Shown here: positions 1 to 8,465 of the stretch, in pieces
How positions within the stretch are numbered: the stretch's first letter is position 1
How the letters are laid out: the number at the start of each line of letters is the position of its first letter
Assembly (NCBI GenBank): GCA_965226495.1
Contig: OZ245365.1
Location: 3,840,001 to 3,904,000 of the forward strand
Direction of reading: 5' to 3'
Length of the DNA stretch: 64,000 bases
From: Candidatus Marinacidobacterales bacterium
GTDB taxonomy: Bacteria; Acidobacteriota; Vicinamibacteria; Marinacidobacterales; DATDRI01
Program-made: the position numbers and the translations under genes
Notes under the pieces: generated by a model
The model's input: the letters and a program-made list of their open reading frames with translations, nothing else
What the model was told of the DNA's origin: nothing
Database searches by the model: none

Positions 1-1
1 A

Positions 2-928
2 CTGGGCGACTTGCGCGACACAAACTTGATGGTGGTTGAGATCGGTGCGGCCATGGAGGCCTCGGCGATCGAACGAGCTCGCCGTCTCCATGAGCGCACC
101 TTTCAGCAGGGCGACACGGTCGAGTTGGCCCCTGACAGAGCTGACAAGAGTGACAAGCCGGTCGTTCCTGCCGGTCCGGACGAAAACTTCGGACTACTCG
201 CGCTGGCGAGATTGTTGAAAGAGAGACGCCAAGGTCTCTTTACTCGATTCAAAACTGAATGGCAGGGCCATCGGCTCGAAAAGTTCTGCTCCGAGCTCGA
301 GGAGCTCGGAGCCAATATGAGCTCGTTCGGAGAGGATCGGCTAGCGGTCCGTCGTTACATCCTTAATAGAGTACCCGACGGGTTGAAGCGCTACCCCAGT
401 ACGTCAATCCAAGAGGGGTGGCTTCCGGGCGCCAACATCGAGGAGTCCCTGAGGCGGGTGCGCACCAGCGAAACCGTTCGTTACTTCCGGATTATTCTCA
501 AGGACGCCGAAACCAGCGCCCCCCCCCAGGAAGGAGTCATATCGCGGCGCGTCTTCGAGAGCCTCTGGCCGTTGACCGCGAAGCGACGGATAAGCAAGCG
601 GCGTTACGAGATTCTGAACGGTTCGCGAACGTGGCGTATCGATGTCTTCGTGGGCATAGAGCTAGTGCTGGCGGAGATCGACGTGCGCCCCAATGAGCTC
701 GCTGAAGGCGAGGTGCAACTGCCCGAGGAACTAGCTCGTTGCCTTCAAAAAGAAGTGACCAGCGACAAAAAATACCGGCGCCCGTACGCGATTCCCAAAA
801 GAGGAAGAAAAAGGCCTCCCAGGAAGATCGATCGCGCGAGCTCGAGCCCCACGAGGGCCACGACGGCCACGACAGAAAGCCAGAATCGCGTTCTCGAGGA
901 AAAGCCCCCCCCGCAATGGACGCGATAG
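2..928 (+). CDS. CHAD-CYTH fusion protein (5'-partial); CYTH catalytic motif degenerate
   Basis: Frame opens at the window edge with LGDLRD (CHAD C-terminal LGxxxD motif). CYTH-like motifs follow: IQEGWL, LRRVR, KRRISKRRY, WRIDVF, LVLAEID, EVTSDKKY. Lies next to ppx and ppk2. Confidence 0.7.
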   Translation: MGDLRDTNLMVVEIGAAMEASAIERARRLHERTFQQGDTVELAPDRADKSDKPVVPAGPDENFGLLALARLLKERRQGLFTRFKTEWQGHRLEKFCSELEELGANMSSFGEDRLAVRRYILNRVPDGLKRYPSTSIQEGWLPGANIEESLRRVRTSETVRYFRIILKDAETSAPPQEGVISRRVFESLWPLTAKRRISKRRYEILNGSRTWRIDVFVGIELVLAEIDVRPNELAEGEVQLPEELARCLQKEVTSDKKYRRPYAIPKRGRKRPPRKIDRASSSPTRATTATTESQNRVLEEKPPPQWTR

Positions 929-1018
929 AAGCCTCCCTTCTGCCGCTTCGCCGCACGTCCGCCCCGAAAAGCAATAGCCAAGCAAGCCAAGCGTTAGCCG
1001 GTATCTCGACGTAACGCA

Positions 1019-1831
1019 TCAGATCTCATCGGCGAGCGGCTCCTGGAAGATCTTCCGATCTTCCAAACGGATCGCGGTCAACGCTCCGCCCCAAACGCAA
1101 CCCGTATCGATCGCTATCAAGTTACCTTCCAACCGAAGGCCTAACGCCGCCCAGTGTCCGCAAATGACGGTTTCCGATCGGCGGGAGCGGGTGGGCAAGT
1201 CGAACCAAGGAATGCAGCCGGAGGGAGCGGCGTCGGGGGGGCCACTGAAATCCAAACACATCCGCCCCTCCTTTGTACAAGTCCGCATGCGGGTCAGCAC
1301 ATTGGCAATGGCACGTAGACGTTCCGGACCAGAAAGACTCTCGTTCCACGAAAGAGGGTTGGGATCTTCGAACAAAGCGTTCAAAACGTGAACCCGGTCT
1401 TCGCTCCGGAGCTCCGACTCCACTTCTGCCGCTAGCTCCCGAGCTTGAACCACGCTCCACGCAGGCAGTAGTCCCGCATGCACCAAGACGAACGGCTCCT
1501 CGACGTGGATCAGAGGACGACAAGCCAGCCATTCCAGCAGTTGCTCACGATCGGGTGCCACGAGGATCTCCTCCAGCGTGTCGCGAGGCTTGGTTTTCCT
1601 GATGCCGGCCGCAGCGGCGAGAAGATTCAGATCGTGGTTGCCCAAGACCGCCGTCAGCCGATCCCCAAACGTGTAGGCCCAACGCAGGACATCGAGTGAG
1701 CGGGGTCCTCGGTTCACCAGGTCTCCGACCAACCAAACCCGATCTCTTCGTGGATTGAAGCCGGCGCGCTCGAGCAGCCGGGTCAATGTTTCGAAGCAGC
1801 CTTGTATGTCTCCTATCGCGTACGTCGCCAT
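1019..1831 (-). CDS. apaH: Symmetrical bis(5'-nucleosyl)-tetraphosphatase (Ap4A hydrolase)
   Basis: MATYAIGDIQGC, GDLVNRGPRS, LGNHD, LVHAGL, LTRMR, GHWAAL, DTGCVWGG are ApaH signatures. Confidence 0.95.
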   Translation of the reverse strand: MATYAIGDIQGCFETLTRLLERAGFNPRRDRVWLVGDLVNRGPRSLDVLRWAYTFGDRLTAVLGNHDLNLLAAAAGIRKTKPRDTLEEILVAPDREQLLEWLACRPLIHVEEPFVLVHAGLLPAWSVVQARELAAEVESELRSEDRVHVLNALFEDPNPLSWNESLSGPERLRAIANVLTRMRTCTKEGRMCLDFSGPPDAAPSGCIPWFDLPTRSRRSETVICGHWAALGLRLEGNLIAIDTGCVWGGALTAIRLEDRKIFQEPLADEI

Positions 1832-1875
1832 TTGCCGTTACAATTCTAGCAGTAGTTTCGAATGTCGAGCCGACA

Positions 1876-3375
1876 ATGAGTGCCAAACCAAAATCCGACA
1901 TGTACGGTGCCGTCGACCTGGGATCGAACAGTTTTCACATGTTCGTGGTCCGCGTCGCCCAGAACGACTTACATGTCGTCGACCGACTCCGAGAGAGGGT
2001 GCGGCTGGCAGCCGGCTTGGACTCGAATAATCATCTCACCGAGGAAGCCGAAGCCCGGGCGCTGCTATCGCTCGAGCGTATCGGAGAGCGTCTTCGCGAC
2101 CTCCCTCCTAATCAAGTGCGCGCCGTGGGAACGAACACCCTCCGCCGTGCCCACGACGCCGCGGCATTCCTCCGCCGCGCCTCGAAGGCTCTGGGACACC
2201 AGATCGACGTAATATCCGGACTCGAAGAAGCGCGCCTCATCTATCTCGGCGTCTCACACACTCTACCCGACTCATCGGAACGTAGATTGGTGGTCGATAT
2301 CGGTGGCGGTAGCACCGAGTGTATCGTGGGTGAACGCTTCGAACCGCTCGAAATGGCGAGTCTATACATGGGCTGTGTTTCCTATAGCATGAGATTCTTT
2401 CCAGGTGGCGAGATAAACGAAAAGAACATGTTGCGGGCAGAGACCGCGGCACGAGTCGAGCTAGAAACCATTGAGCGGAAGCTGAGAGACCTCGGATGGG
2501 ACATGGCCTTCGGATCTTCGGGCACTATCTTCGCTATCGAGGAGATCCTTCGGCAGAACGAGTGGAGCAACCAAGGCATTACTCGCAAGGGGCTCAAGAA
2601 GCTCCGCAAGGCCTTGGTCCGAACGGGCAGCACGGAAGAGTTCGTGCTTCCCGGTCTAAAAACAGACCGGGCGCCGGTACTGCCGGGAGGACTCGCCATT
2701 CTCAACGCCGTCTTCGACAGTCTCGACATCGAGAGGATGAGCCCGAGTACCGGTGCCTTACGAGAGGGGATCCTTTACGATCTGCTTGGCCGCATCCGCC
2801 ACGAAGACGTTCGTGACCGCACCATCCAGCGTCTTGCCGAACGCTATCACATCGACCGCGCGCAGGCCGCGCGGGTCGAGCACACCGCGCTCAACTGCTT
2901 GACTCAGGTAGGCGACGCATGGGAGCTAAGCGACGAGGAGTATCGTCAGATCCTCGCGTGGGCCACGAGACTCCACGAAGTAGGACTCACCGTGTCTTAT
3001 AGCGGCTACCAAAAGCACGGCGCCTACTTGCTGGGGCACTCCAATCTGCCGGGCTTCTCGAACGACGAACAGCTGTTGCTCGCATCCCTGGTAGGAAGTC
3101 ATCGCCGGAAGCTATCCCGAGGGCCCTTCGAAGAGCTCCGCTCCGTTTCTATCGATCAGGCGCTCCGACTCTGCGTCCTGCTTCGACTCGCGGTCCTCGT
3201 CAATCGCGGCCGCAGTCCACGCCCCCTCCCCCGTTTCAAGCTGAAGCCGGAGAAGAACAAGCTCGTCATCGCCTTCCCCGAAGGTTGGCTCGAGGAGCAC
3301 CCCCTGGCACACGCTGACCTCGAAGAAGAAAAGTCCTTCTGGAAGAAAGTGGACTTCCAACTCGTGGTAAGCTAG
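1876..3375 (+). CDS. ppx: Exopolyphosphatase Ppx/GppA
   Basis: AVDLGSNSFH, VISGLEEARLIYLGV, DIGGGSTE, GALREG, LHEVG motifs. Start placed at ATG 1876 to avoid overlap with apaH. Confidence 0.93.
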   Translation: MSAKPKSDMYGAVDLGSNSFHMFVVRVAQNDLHVVDRLRERVRLAAGLDSNNHLTEEAEARALLSLERIGERLRDLPPNQVRAVGTNTLRRAHDAAAFLRRASKALGHQIDVISGLEEARLIYLGVSHTLPDSSERRLVVDIGGGSTECIVGERFEPLEMASLYMGCVSYSMRFFPGGEINEKNMLRAETAARVELETIERKLRDLGWDMAFGSSGTIFAIEEILRQNEWSNQGITRKGLKKLRKALVRTGSTEEFVLPGLKTDRAPVLPGGLAILNAVFDSLDIERMSPSTGALREGILYDLLGRIRHEDVRDRTIQRLAERYHIDRAQAARVEHTALNCLTQVGDAWELSDEEYRQILAWATRLHEVGLTVSYSGYQKHGAYLLGHSNLPGFSNDEQLLLASLVGSHRRKLSRGPFEELRSVSIDQALRLCVLLRLAVLVNRGRSPRPLPRFKLKPEKNKLVIAFPEGWLEEHPLAHADLEEEKSFWKKVDFQLVVS

Positions 3376-3407
3376 GCGCCCGCTTAGCGCCAAGGACTAC
3401 TGCTTTC

Positions 3408-4883
3408 ATGTTAGAGAAGGTCAACCTATCCCAGAAGACCTCGAAAGAGGACTACCGCAACACGATCTCGGAGTTAGAGACGAAATTGGGTAGCCTGCTG
3501 AGACGGGCGAGGGATCTCAAAATTCCCCTCATCGTCGCGTTCGAAGGCTGGGGAGCGGCCGGCAAGGGCACGATCATCAATCGCCTCATCCTATCGATGG
3601 ACCCGAGACAGTTCAATGTTTATCTCACGGGGGCCCCGAATGAGGAAGAACAACTGCGGCCTTTCCTCTGGCGGTTTTGGATCAAAACACCGAAGAGACG
3701 AAGGACCGTCGTCTTCGACCGATGTTGGTATCGACGAGTCTTATCGGAGCGCGTAGACAGGGTCGTCAAGAAGCCGGCCTGGTCCAGAGCGTACGGTGAG
3801 ATCAACTCCTTCGAACGACAACTCGTCGACGGCGACACGGTTATCGTCAAGTTCTTTTTTCATATCAGCAAGAAGGAACAAAAGAAACGTTTCGCGAAAC
3901 TGCGGCGAAATCCGGCCACTGCGCTTAGGGTTACCAAGGAGTACCGAAAACAACATCAACAGTACCGCAAGTATGTGCAGGCTACCGAGGACATGTTAAC
4001 CAAGACGGACACCGCAGTCGCTCCTTGGACGATCGTACCCGCCCACGATCGCAGGTTCGCCACCATCAAGGTATTCCGAACCGTCATCGGCTACTTGGAG
4101 CAGAAGATCAAAACCATCGAAGACAAGTCGGAATCGGTGAATGCCGCTTACTTTCTACCGCCGGGCCCCACTTCTTCCGTTCTCGACGAGGCCGACTTGA
4201 GCCTGTCTCTTACCCGGACCGAGTACGAGAAAGAGCTGAAGCGCTGCCAAAATCGACTTCTCGAGCTCGAATATGAAGCCTACGCGAAGAGAATCCCTGT
4301 GGTGGTCGCCTTTGAAGGTTGGGACGCGAGCGGAAAGGGGGGGAGCATCAGGCGGCTCGCACAAGCGATGGATCCGCGAGGCTATGAAGTGATCCCCACT
4401 GCCGCTCCTACCGAGGAAGAGAATGCCCATCCTTACTTGTGGCGTTTCTGGAAGCGTTTCCCCAAAGCGGGACACGTTGCCATCTTCGATCGCTCCTGGT
4501 ACGGGCGTGTCTTGGTCGAACGAGTCGAGGGCTTCGCCACGCCGACAGAATGGAGAAGGGCCTACAACGAGATCAACGAGATGGAGGAGCAATGGGTCAA
4601 CTTCGGCTCGGTTCTGGTCAAGTTCTGGGTTCACGTCGACCAGAATGAGCAGCTGAAAAGGTTCCAGGAACGTCAGGAAAACCCCTTCAAAAAATGGAAG
4701 ATTACCGACGAAGATTGGCGGAACCGAGAGAAATGGGCGGACTACAAGACTGCGGTGGACGAAATGCTCCGCCGGACCAGCACCACCTATGCACCCTGGA
4801 CGATCGTCGAGGGAAACTCCAAGCTATACGCTCGCATTAAAGCGCTGAGAACGGTACAAGCTGCGATTGAAGACCGTCTCTAG
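3408..4883 (+). CDS. Polyphosphate:AMP phosphotransferase (two-domain PPK2)
   Basis: Two PPK2 domains: FEGWGAAGKG/FDRCWY and FEGWDASGKGG/FDRSWYGRVLVERV; KWKITDEDWRNR. Confidence 0.92.
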   Translation: MLEKVNLSQKTSKEDYRNTISELETKLGSLLRRARDLKIPLIVAFEGWGAAGKGTIINRLILSMDPRQFNVYLTGAPNEEEQLRPFLWRFWIKTPKRRRTVVFDRCWYRRVLSERVDRVVKKPAWSRAYGEINSFERQLVDGDTVIVKFFFHISKKEQKKRFAKLRRNPATALRVTKEYRKQHQQYRKYVQATEDMLTKTDTAVAPWTIVPAHDRRFATIKVFRTVIGYLEQKIKTIEDKSESVNAAYFLPPGPTSSVLDEADLSLSLTRTEYEKELKRCQNRLLELEYEAYAKRIPVVVAFEGWDASGKGGSIRRLAQAMDPRGYEVIPTAAPTEEENAHPYLWRFWKRFPKAGHVAIFDRSWYGRVLVERVEGFATPTEWRRAYNEINEMEEQWVNFGSVLVKFWVHVDQNEQLKRFQERQENPFKKWKITDEDWRNREKWADYKTAVDEMLRRTSTTYAPWTIVEGNSKLYARIKALRTVQAAIEDRL

Positions 4884-4962
4884 CGGCTCTCCACAATAAT
4901 GTCCCGACGCCCCCAATATTTTCCTTGACACGCCTCCCCCCCCGTTGAATCTATGATAGCGT

Positions 4963-4984
4963 ACATGCTACATGTGTAGCATGT
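4963..4984. promoter_or_regulatory. BlaI/MecI/CopY-type operator
   Basis: Perfect inverted repeat ACATGCTACA-TG-TGTAGCATGT containing the TACA-N2-TGTA core, 80 bp upstream of the BlaI-family gene. TTGACA (4925) and TATGAT (4952) lie just upstream. Confidence 0.85.
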
Positions 4985-4991
4985 TAACGCG

Positions 4992-5049
4992 TGCACAATA
5001 TTGGATCTGACCCCCGTTATGTGACCGGGGTCAGATCTAAAAATGTGCA
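4992..5049. repeat. Long REP-like hairpin in the blaI leader
   Basis: TTGGATCTGACCCC...GGGGTCAGATCTAA arms, extended by TGCACA/TGTGCA; ends directly at the AAGGAG RBS. Confidence 0.6.
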
Positions 5050-5064
5050 AAGGAGTGAGTTAGC

Positions 5065-5451
5065 GTGGCAGTTCCTCGAACGTTACCGGACTTGACCAAA
5101 CCGGAGCTCGCGATCATGAAACTCTTCTGGACCGCGGGACCACTCAGCGCCCGGGAACTTCATGAGCGTCTCCGGTCCTCCACCGCCTGGGCCTACTCGA
5201 CGACGCGGACTACGCTCGATCGCATGGTGAAAAAGCTCCTGCTGACGAAAAAGGATTTTCACGGCATCAACCTGTACGAGCCACGGATCACGAAGCCGGT
5301 CGGGATCGCCCAGCTCGTCCGAGACTTCGCGGATCGGGTTCTCGAAGTGGAACCAAGCTCGGTGGTGTCGCTGTTCGCACGAAGTGAGTCCCTCACCGAG
5401 GAAGAGATGAAGGAACTATCCGAGCTTCTCTCTCAGGGCGTAGACCGATGA
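5065..5451 (+). CDS. BlaI/MecI/CopY family transcriptional repressor
   Basis: LTKPELAIMKLFW, WAYSTTRTTLDRMVKK, LTEEEMKELSELL; GTG start with AAGGAG RBS. Confidence 0.92.
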   Translation: MAVPRTLPDLTKPELAIMKLFWTAGPLSARELHERLRSSTAWAYSTTRTTLDRMVKKLLLTKKDFHGINLYEPRITKPVGIAQLVRDFADRVLEVEPSSVVSLFARSESLTEEEMKELSELLSQGVDR

Positions 5452-6914
5452 GTCGTGGTGAACTCTTGCCGCCGATAGAGGCCCTGGCATCCTCTCTTCT
5501 CGGCTTCGCCACGTTGGAGGTCGTGTACTCGACACTGCTTTGTCTGTTCGTCTTAGTCCTGGCTCCCTGTTTGCGGGGACGGCTGCCCATGCTCCAATAC
5601 TGTTTGTGGGCTCTCGTGTTGTTGCGACTGGTCTTGCCCACCGAACTGGCCTCTCCTTGGAGCCTCCGCAGCCTTCTCGCAGGAAGTCAGGTTTCCGTCA
5701 TGGAGGAGGCCCTGCCGATCTGGCAGGCCAACCATACGACTCACACGCTGAACTCCCTTCCAGATCCACATCCCACAGTCTCTTGGCGCACCGCCGTTGT
5801 GGCGGCTTGGCTTGCGGGAGTACTTCTTTTCGCTTGCGGTATCACGAGACGTCTCTTCGTCTATCGCAAGCTGATTAGAACGGCTCGACCGGTGCAAGAC
5901 CGTAAACTTGTGTCGCGGCTCCGCTGGTGGCGGGCCAGCTTCAAGATCCTGCGACCGGTTCGGCTGTTCACTTCGGAAACATCTTTGCTTCCATTCACTC
6001 TGGGTACGCTACGACCGGTGATCTATCTGCCGCAGGCCATCCTGCGCGAGGCCCAGCCGACCGTTGCGGATTCCGTCATCGCACACGAGATGGCGCACAT
6101 CAAACGATGGGACGACCTCTGGCTTCGCTTCCAGAACGTGGTCCAGGTCCTCTACTTCTTTCATCCCGTGGTTTGGATTGCCGTGAGCCGCATGAACGAC
6201 GAACGGGAGAGAGTTTGTGACGAGATGGTTCTCTCACGGAACGCTCTATCACCCCGCACCTATGGCCGTAGTCTTCTCACCGTGCTCGGGCTCGACCTGA
6301 GAGGGCGGCAATCGGTCGCGGTAGCAGCTTTTGCGAACGACAGAAAGAGGAGGTTCTCGATGCGAATCCGTTACATTCTGAACGATAAGTCCTCGCGGGG
6401 TCCTCGGCCCGTTCTATCCGTAACCCTCGCGCTGGCGCTGGCCTTGCTCCTCTTACCCATGGCCGTTGTTGGCGCTCGCGAAACGCGAGTCGAAAGCGCT
6501 CGCCTCCAATCTCCTCGGATGACTCATCCCCTCCCAGAAGGAAGATTGACCTCCGGCTTCGGAGCGAGAAAGGATCCCTTCAACGGTCAAGCGATAGACC
6601 ACCCGGGCATTGACATCGCTGCACGACGTGGCGTGGACGTATTGGCACCCGCCGACGGGACCGTCGAGATCGCCGAAGCGAAGTACAGCGGTGGAGCCCA
6701 TTTCGGTACCGTCATCATCATCGACCACGGCAGAGGTCTCAAAACCTTCTATGCCCACCTAGGGAGCGTCACGGTGGAGCCCGGCCAGAACGTGCGCGGG
6801 CAAGAACCAATCGCCAAGGTAGGGTCGACCGGAGAGTCCACCGGTCCCCATCTTCACTTTGAGATCTGGGAGAGTGGCAACCCAGTGGATCCGCTACGAT
6901 TCGTCGCCCGTTAG
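5448..6914 (+). CDS. BlaR1-type M56 metallopeptidase fused to a C-terminal M23 peptidase domain
   Basis: YCLWALVLLRLVLP, HEMAH, FFHPVVW, ERERVCD (M56); HPGIDI, YAHL, STGPHLHFE (M23). ATGA overlap with blaI. Confidence 0.9.
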   Translation: MSRGELLPPIEALASSLLGFATLEVVYSTLLCLFVLVLAPCLRGRLPMLQYCLWALVLLRLVLPTELASPWSLRSLLAGSQVSVMEEALPIWQANHTTHTLNSLPDPHPTVSWRTAVVAAWLAGVLLFACGITRRLFVYRKLIRTARPVQDRKLVSRLRWWRASFKILRPVRLFTSETSLLPFTLGTLRPVIYLPQAILREAQPTVADSVIAHEMAHIKRWDDLWLRFQNVVQVLYFFHPVVWIAVSRMNDERERVCDEMVLSRNALSPRTYGRSLLTVLGLDLRGRQSVAVAAFANDRKRRFSMRIRYILNDKSSRGPRPVLSVTLALALALLLLPMAVVGARETRVESARLQSPRMTHPLPEGRLTSGFGARKDPFNGQAIDHPGIDIAARRGVDVLAPADGTVEIAEAKYSGGAHFGTVIIIDHGRGLKTFYAHLGSVTVEPGQNVRGQEPIAKVGSTGESTGPHLHFEIWESGNPVDPLRFVAR

Positions 6915-6921
6915 CCGAGAT

Positions 6922-7692
6922 TCAATCGGAAAAGCGGAGCAGCACCGGAGCGTGGTCGGAGGGTTGCTTTCCCTTGCGCTCTTGGCGATCGATCTCGGCC
7001 GCTTCGGCGCGGCCCGCCAATTCGTCGGTGACGAAAACGTGGTCGATTCTCAGCCCGTCGTTCTTGGGAAAACCTAGCTGGCGATAGTCCCACCACGAAT
7101 AGAGGCCATCCTCGGGACGGTGCCATCGGAAGCCGTCCGCCAGCCCCCATTCGCATACCCCTCGCAATGCCGCTCGCCCCGCCTCGTGACACAGAACGCT
7201 ATTGCGCCACTTTTCGGGGTTGGCCACATCGCGATCTTCCGGTGCCACGTTGAAATCTCCGCAAAGCGCCAGCGGCTCGGAGCGGTTGTGGTTTGCATCT
7301 AGGTAGGACCGCAATCGACGCATCCAATCGAGCTTGTAGTCCCACTTCTCGGATCCGACGACTGCACCGTTGGGCACGTAGACCGAAATGACCCGTACTC
7401 CATTCACGGCCGCGGAAACGAAACGAGCCTGGGGATCTTCGACTCCATCTTCAAATGATTTCCGGACATCCTGCGGCTCGGAACGGCTGACGATGGCAAC
7501 ACCGTTATACGTCCGCTGCCCATATACTGCGGCGAAGTAGCCGGCCTCTCGTAGGGGCTCGAAGGGGAACTGGTCCTCGACGGCCTTCAGCTCTTGCAAG
7601 CATAAGACATCGGGCTGGTGCCGATTCAACACTCCGAGCAGTCGCTCCAACCGGACGCGAATCGAGTTGACGTTCCAAGTTGCGATCTTCAT
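6922..7692 (-). CDS. xth: Exodeoxyribonuclease III
   Basis: MKIATWNVNS, LQELK, YVPNG, GDFNVAP, YSWWDYR, GLRIDH, SDHAP. Confidence 0.95.
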   Translation of the reverse strand: MKIATWNVNSIRVRLERLLGVLNRHQPDVLCLQELKAVEDQFPFEPLREAGYFAAVYGQRTYNGVAIVSRSEPQDVRKSFEDGVEDPQARFVSAAVNGVRVISVYVPNGAVVGSEKWDYKLDWMRRLRSYLDANHNRSEPLALCGDFNVAPEDRDVANPEKWRNSVLCHEAGRAALRGVCEWGLADGFRWHRPEDGLYSWWDYRQLGFPKNDGLRIDHVFVTDELAGRAEAAEIDRQERKGKQPSDHAPVLLRFSD

Positions 7693-7728
7693 TTGGTCAA
7701 GAACCAGCGGGTAGTTAGACTAGAAGCC

Positions 7729-8376
7729 ATGGTGCCCCAATCGATTCTCGCATCATTGTGCGCGGCCGGATTGGTCCTTGTTCCGAGTGAGCCTCCCGAA
7801 CGAGGCTTCGAGAACGGTGTTTTTACATCCGAGCGGTTCCCCCTAATTCGGATGAAGGTAGACCCGGCTTTCACATATATCGGGAGTGTGACCTTCGAGC
7901 TCAAGAGCATTGCGCTGGTCGATCGACAGATATTCGTCGACGCTGACGGCGAGCGCATTAACCGAATGATCGTGCTCCAGTTCGAGGGATTCCTCGATAA
8001 TAATGACCATACGTACCTCTGGGGCGTCACGAACCCGCTCTCTCTCGGAGAACATGATTACAAACACAACACGTTCTTCTTCGACACCTCAAGGGCCATT
8101 GCGGAGAATCCCGGAGCCGAGACGGACCACACGGTGGCCTTTCTCGAACGGGAACGATACCAGTTAGCGAGCGAGCAAATGGTTTCACGTTTCGCTCGAG
8201 TCGTCGATGCTGCACGACGCCACGAGCTAATCATCTTCTATCACGAAAACGTCGTGGCCACGGGACATTCTCTCGCTGAAATCTCCGAGGATGGCGGGGT
8301 CTTACCTCAACACATCGCTAGCGCCGAGGCGTTGACCAAACGGTCTCTCAAAAGCTTTTCCGTCTTGGACGACTAA
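7729..8376 (+). CDS. Hypothetical exported protein
   Basis: Long ORF with a hydrophobic N-terminus from ATG 7729; no recognised motif. Confidence 0.6.
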   Translation: MVPQSILASLCAAGLVLVPSEPPERGFENGVFTSERFPLIRMKVDPAFTYIGSVTFELKSIALVDRQIFVDADGERINRMIVLQFEGFLDNNDHTYLWGVTNPLSLGEHDYKHNTFFFDTSRAIAENPGAETDHTVAFLERERYQLASEQMVSRFARVVDAARRHELIIFYHENVVATGHSLAEISEDGGVLPQHIASAEALTKRSLKSFSVLDD

Positions 8377-8465
8377 CCCCTCGGCAGAGCTCACGTGGAG
8401 CTCGGCGCCACGCGGTGAAACCGCACCTTGTAACGCGCGGGACCGAATTGGATTATCATCCACCG

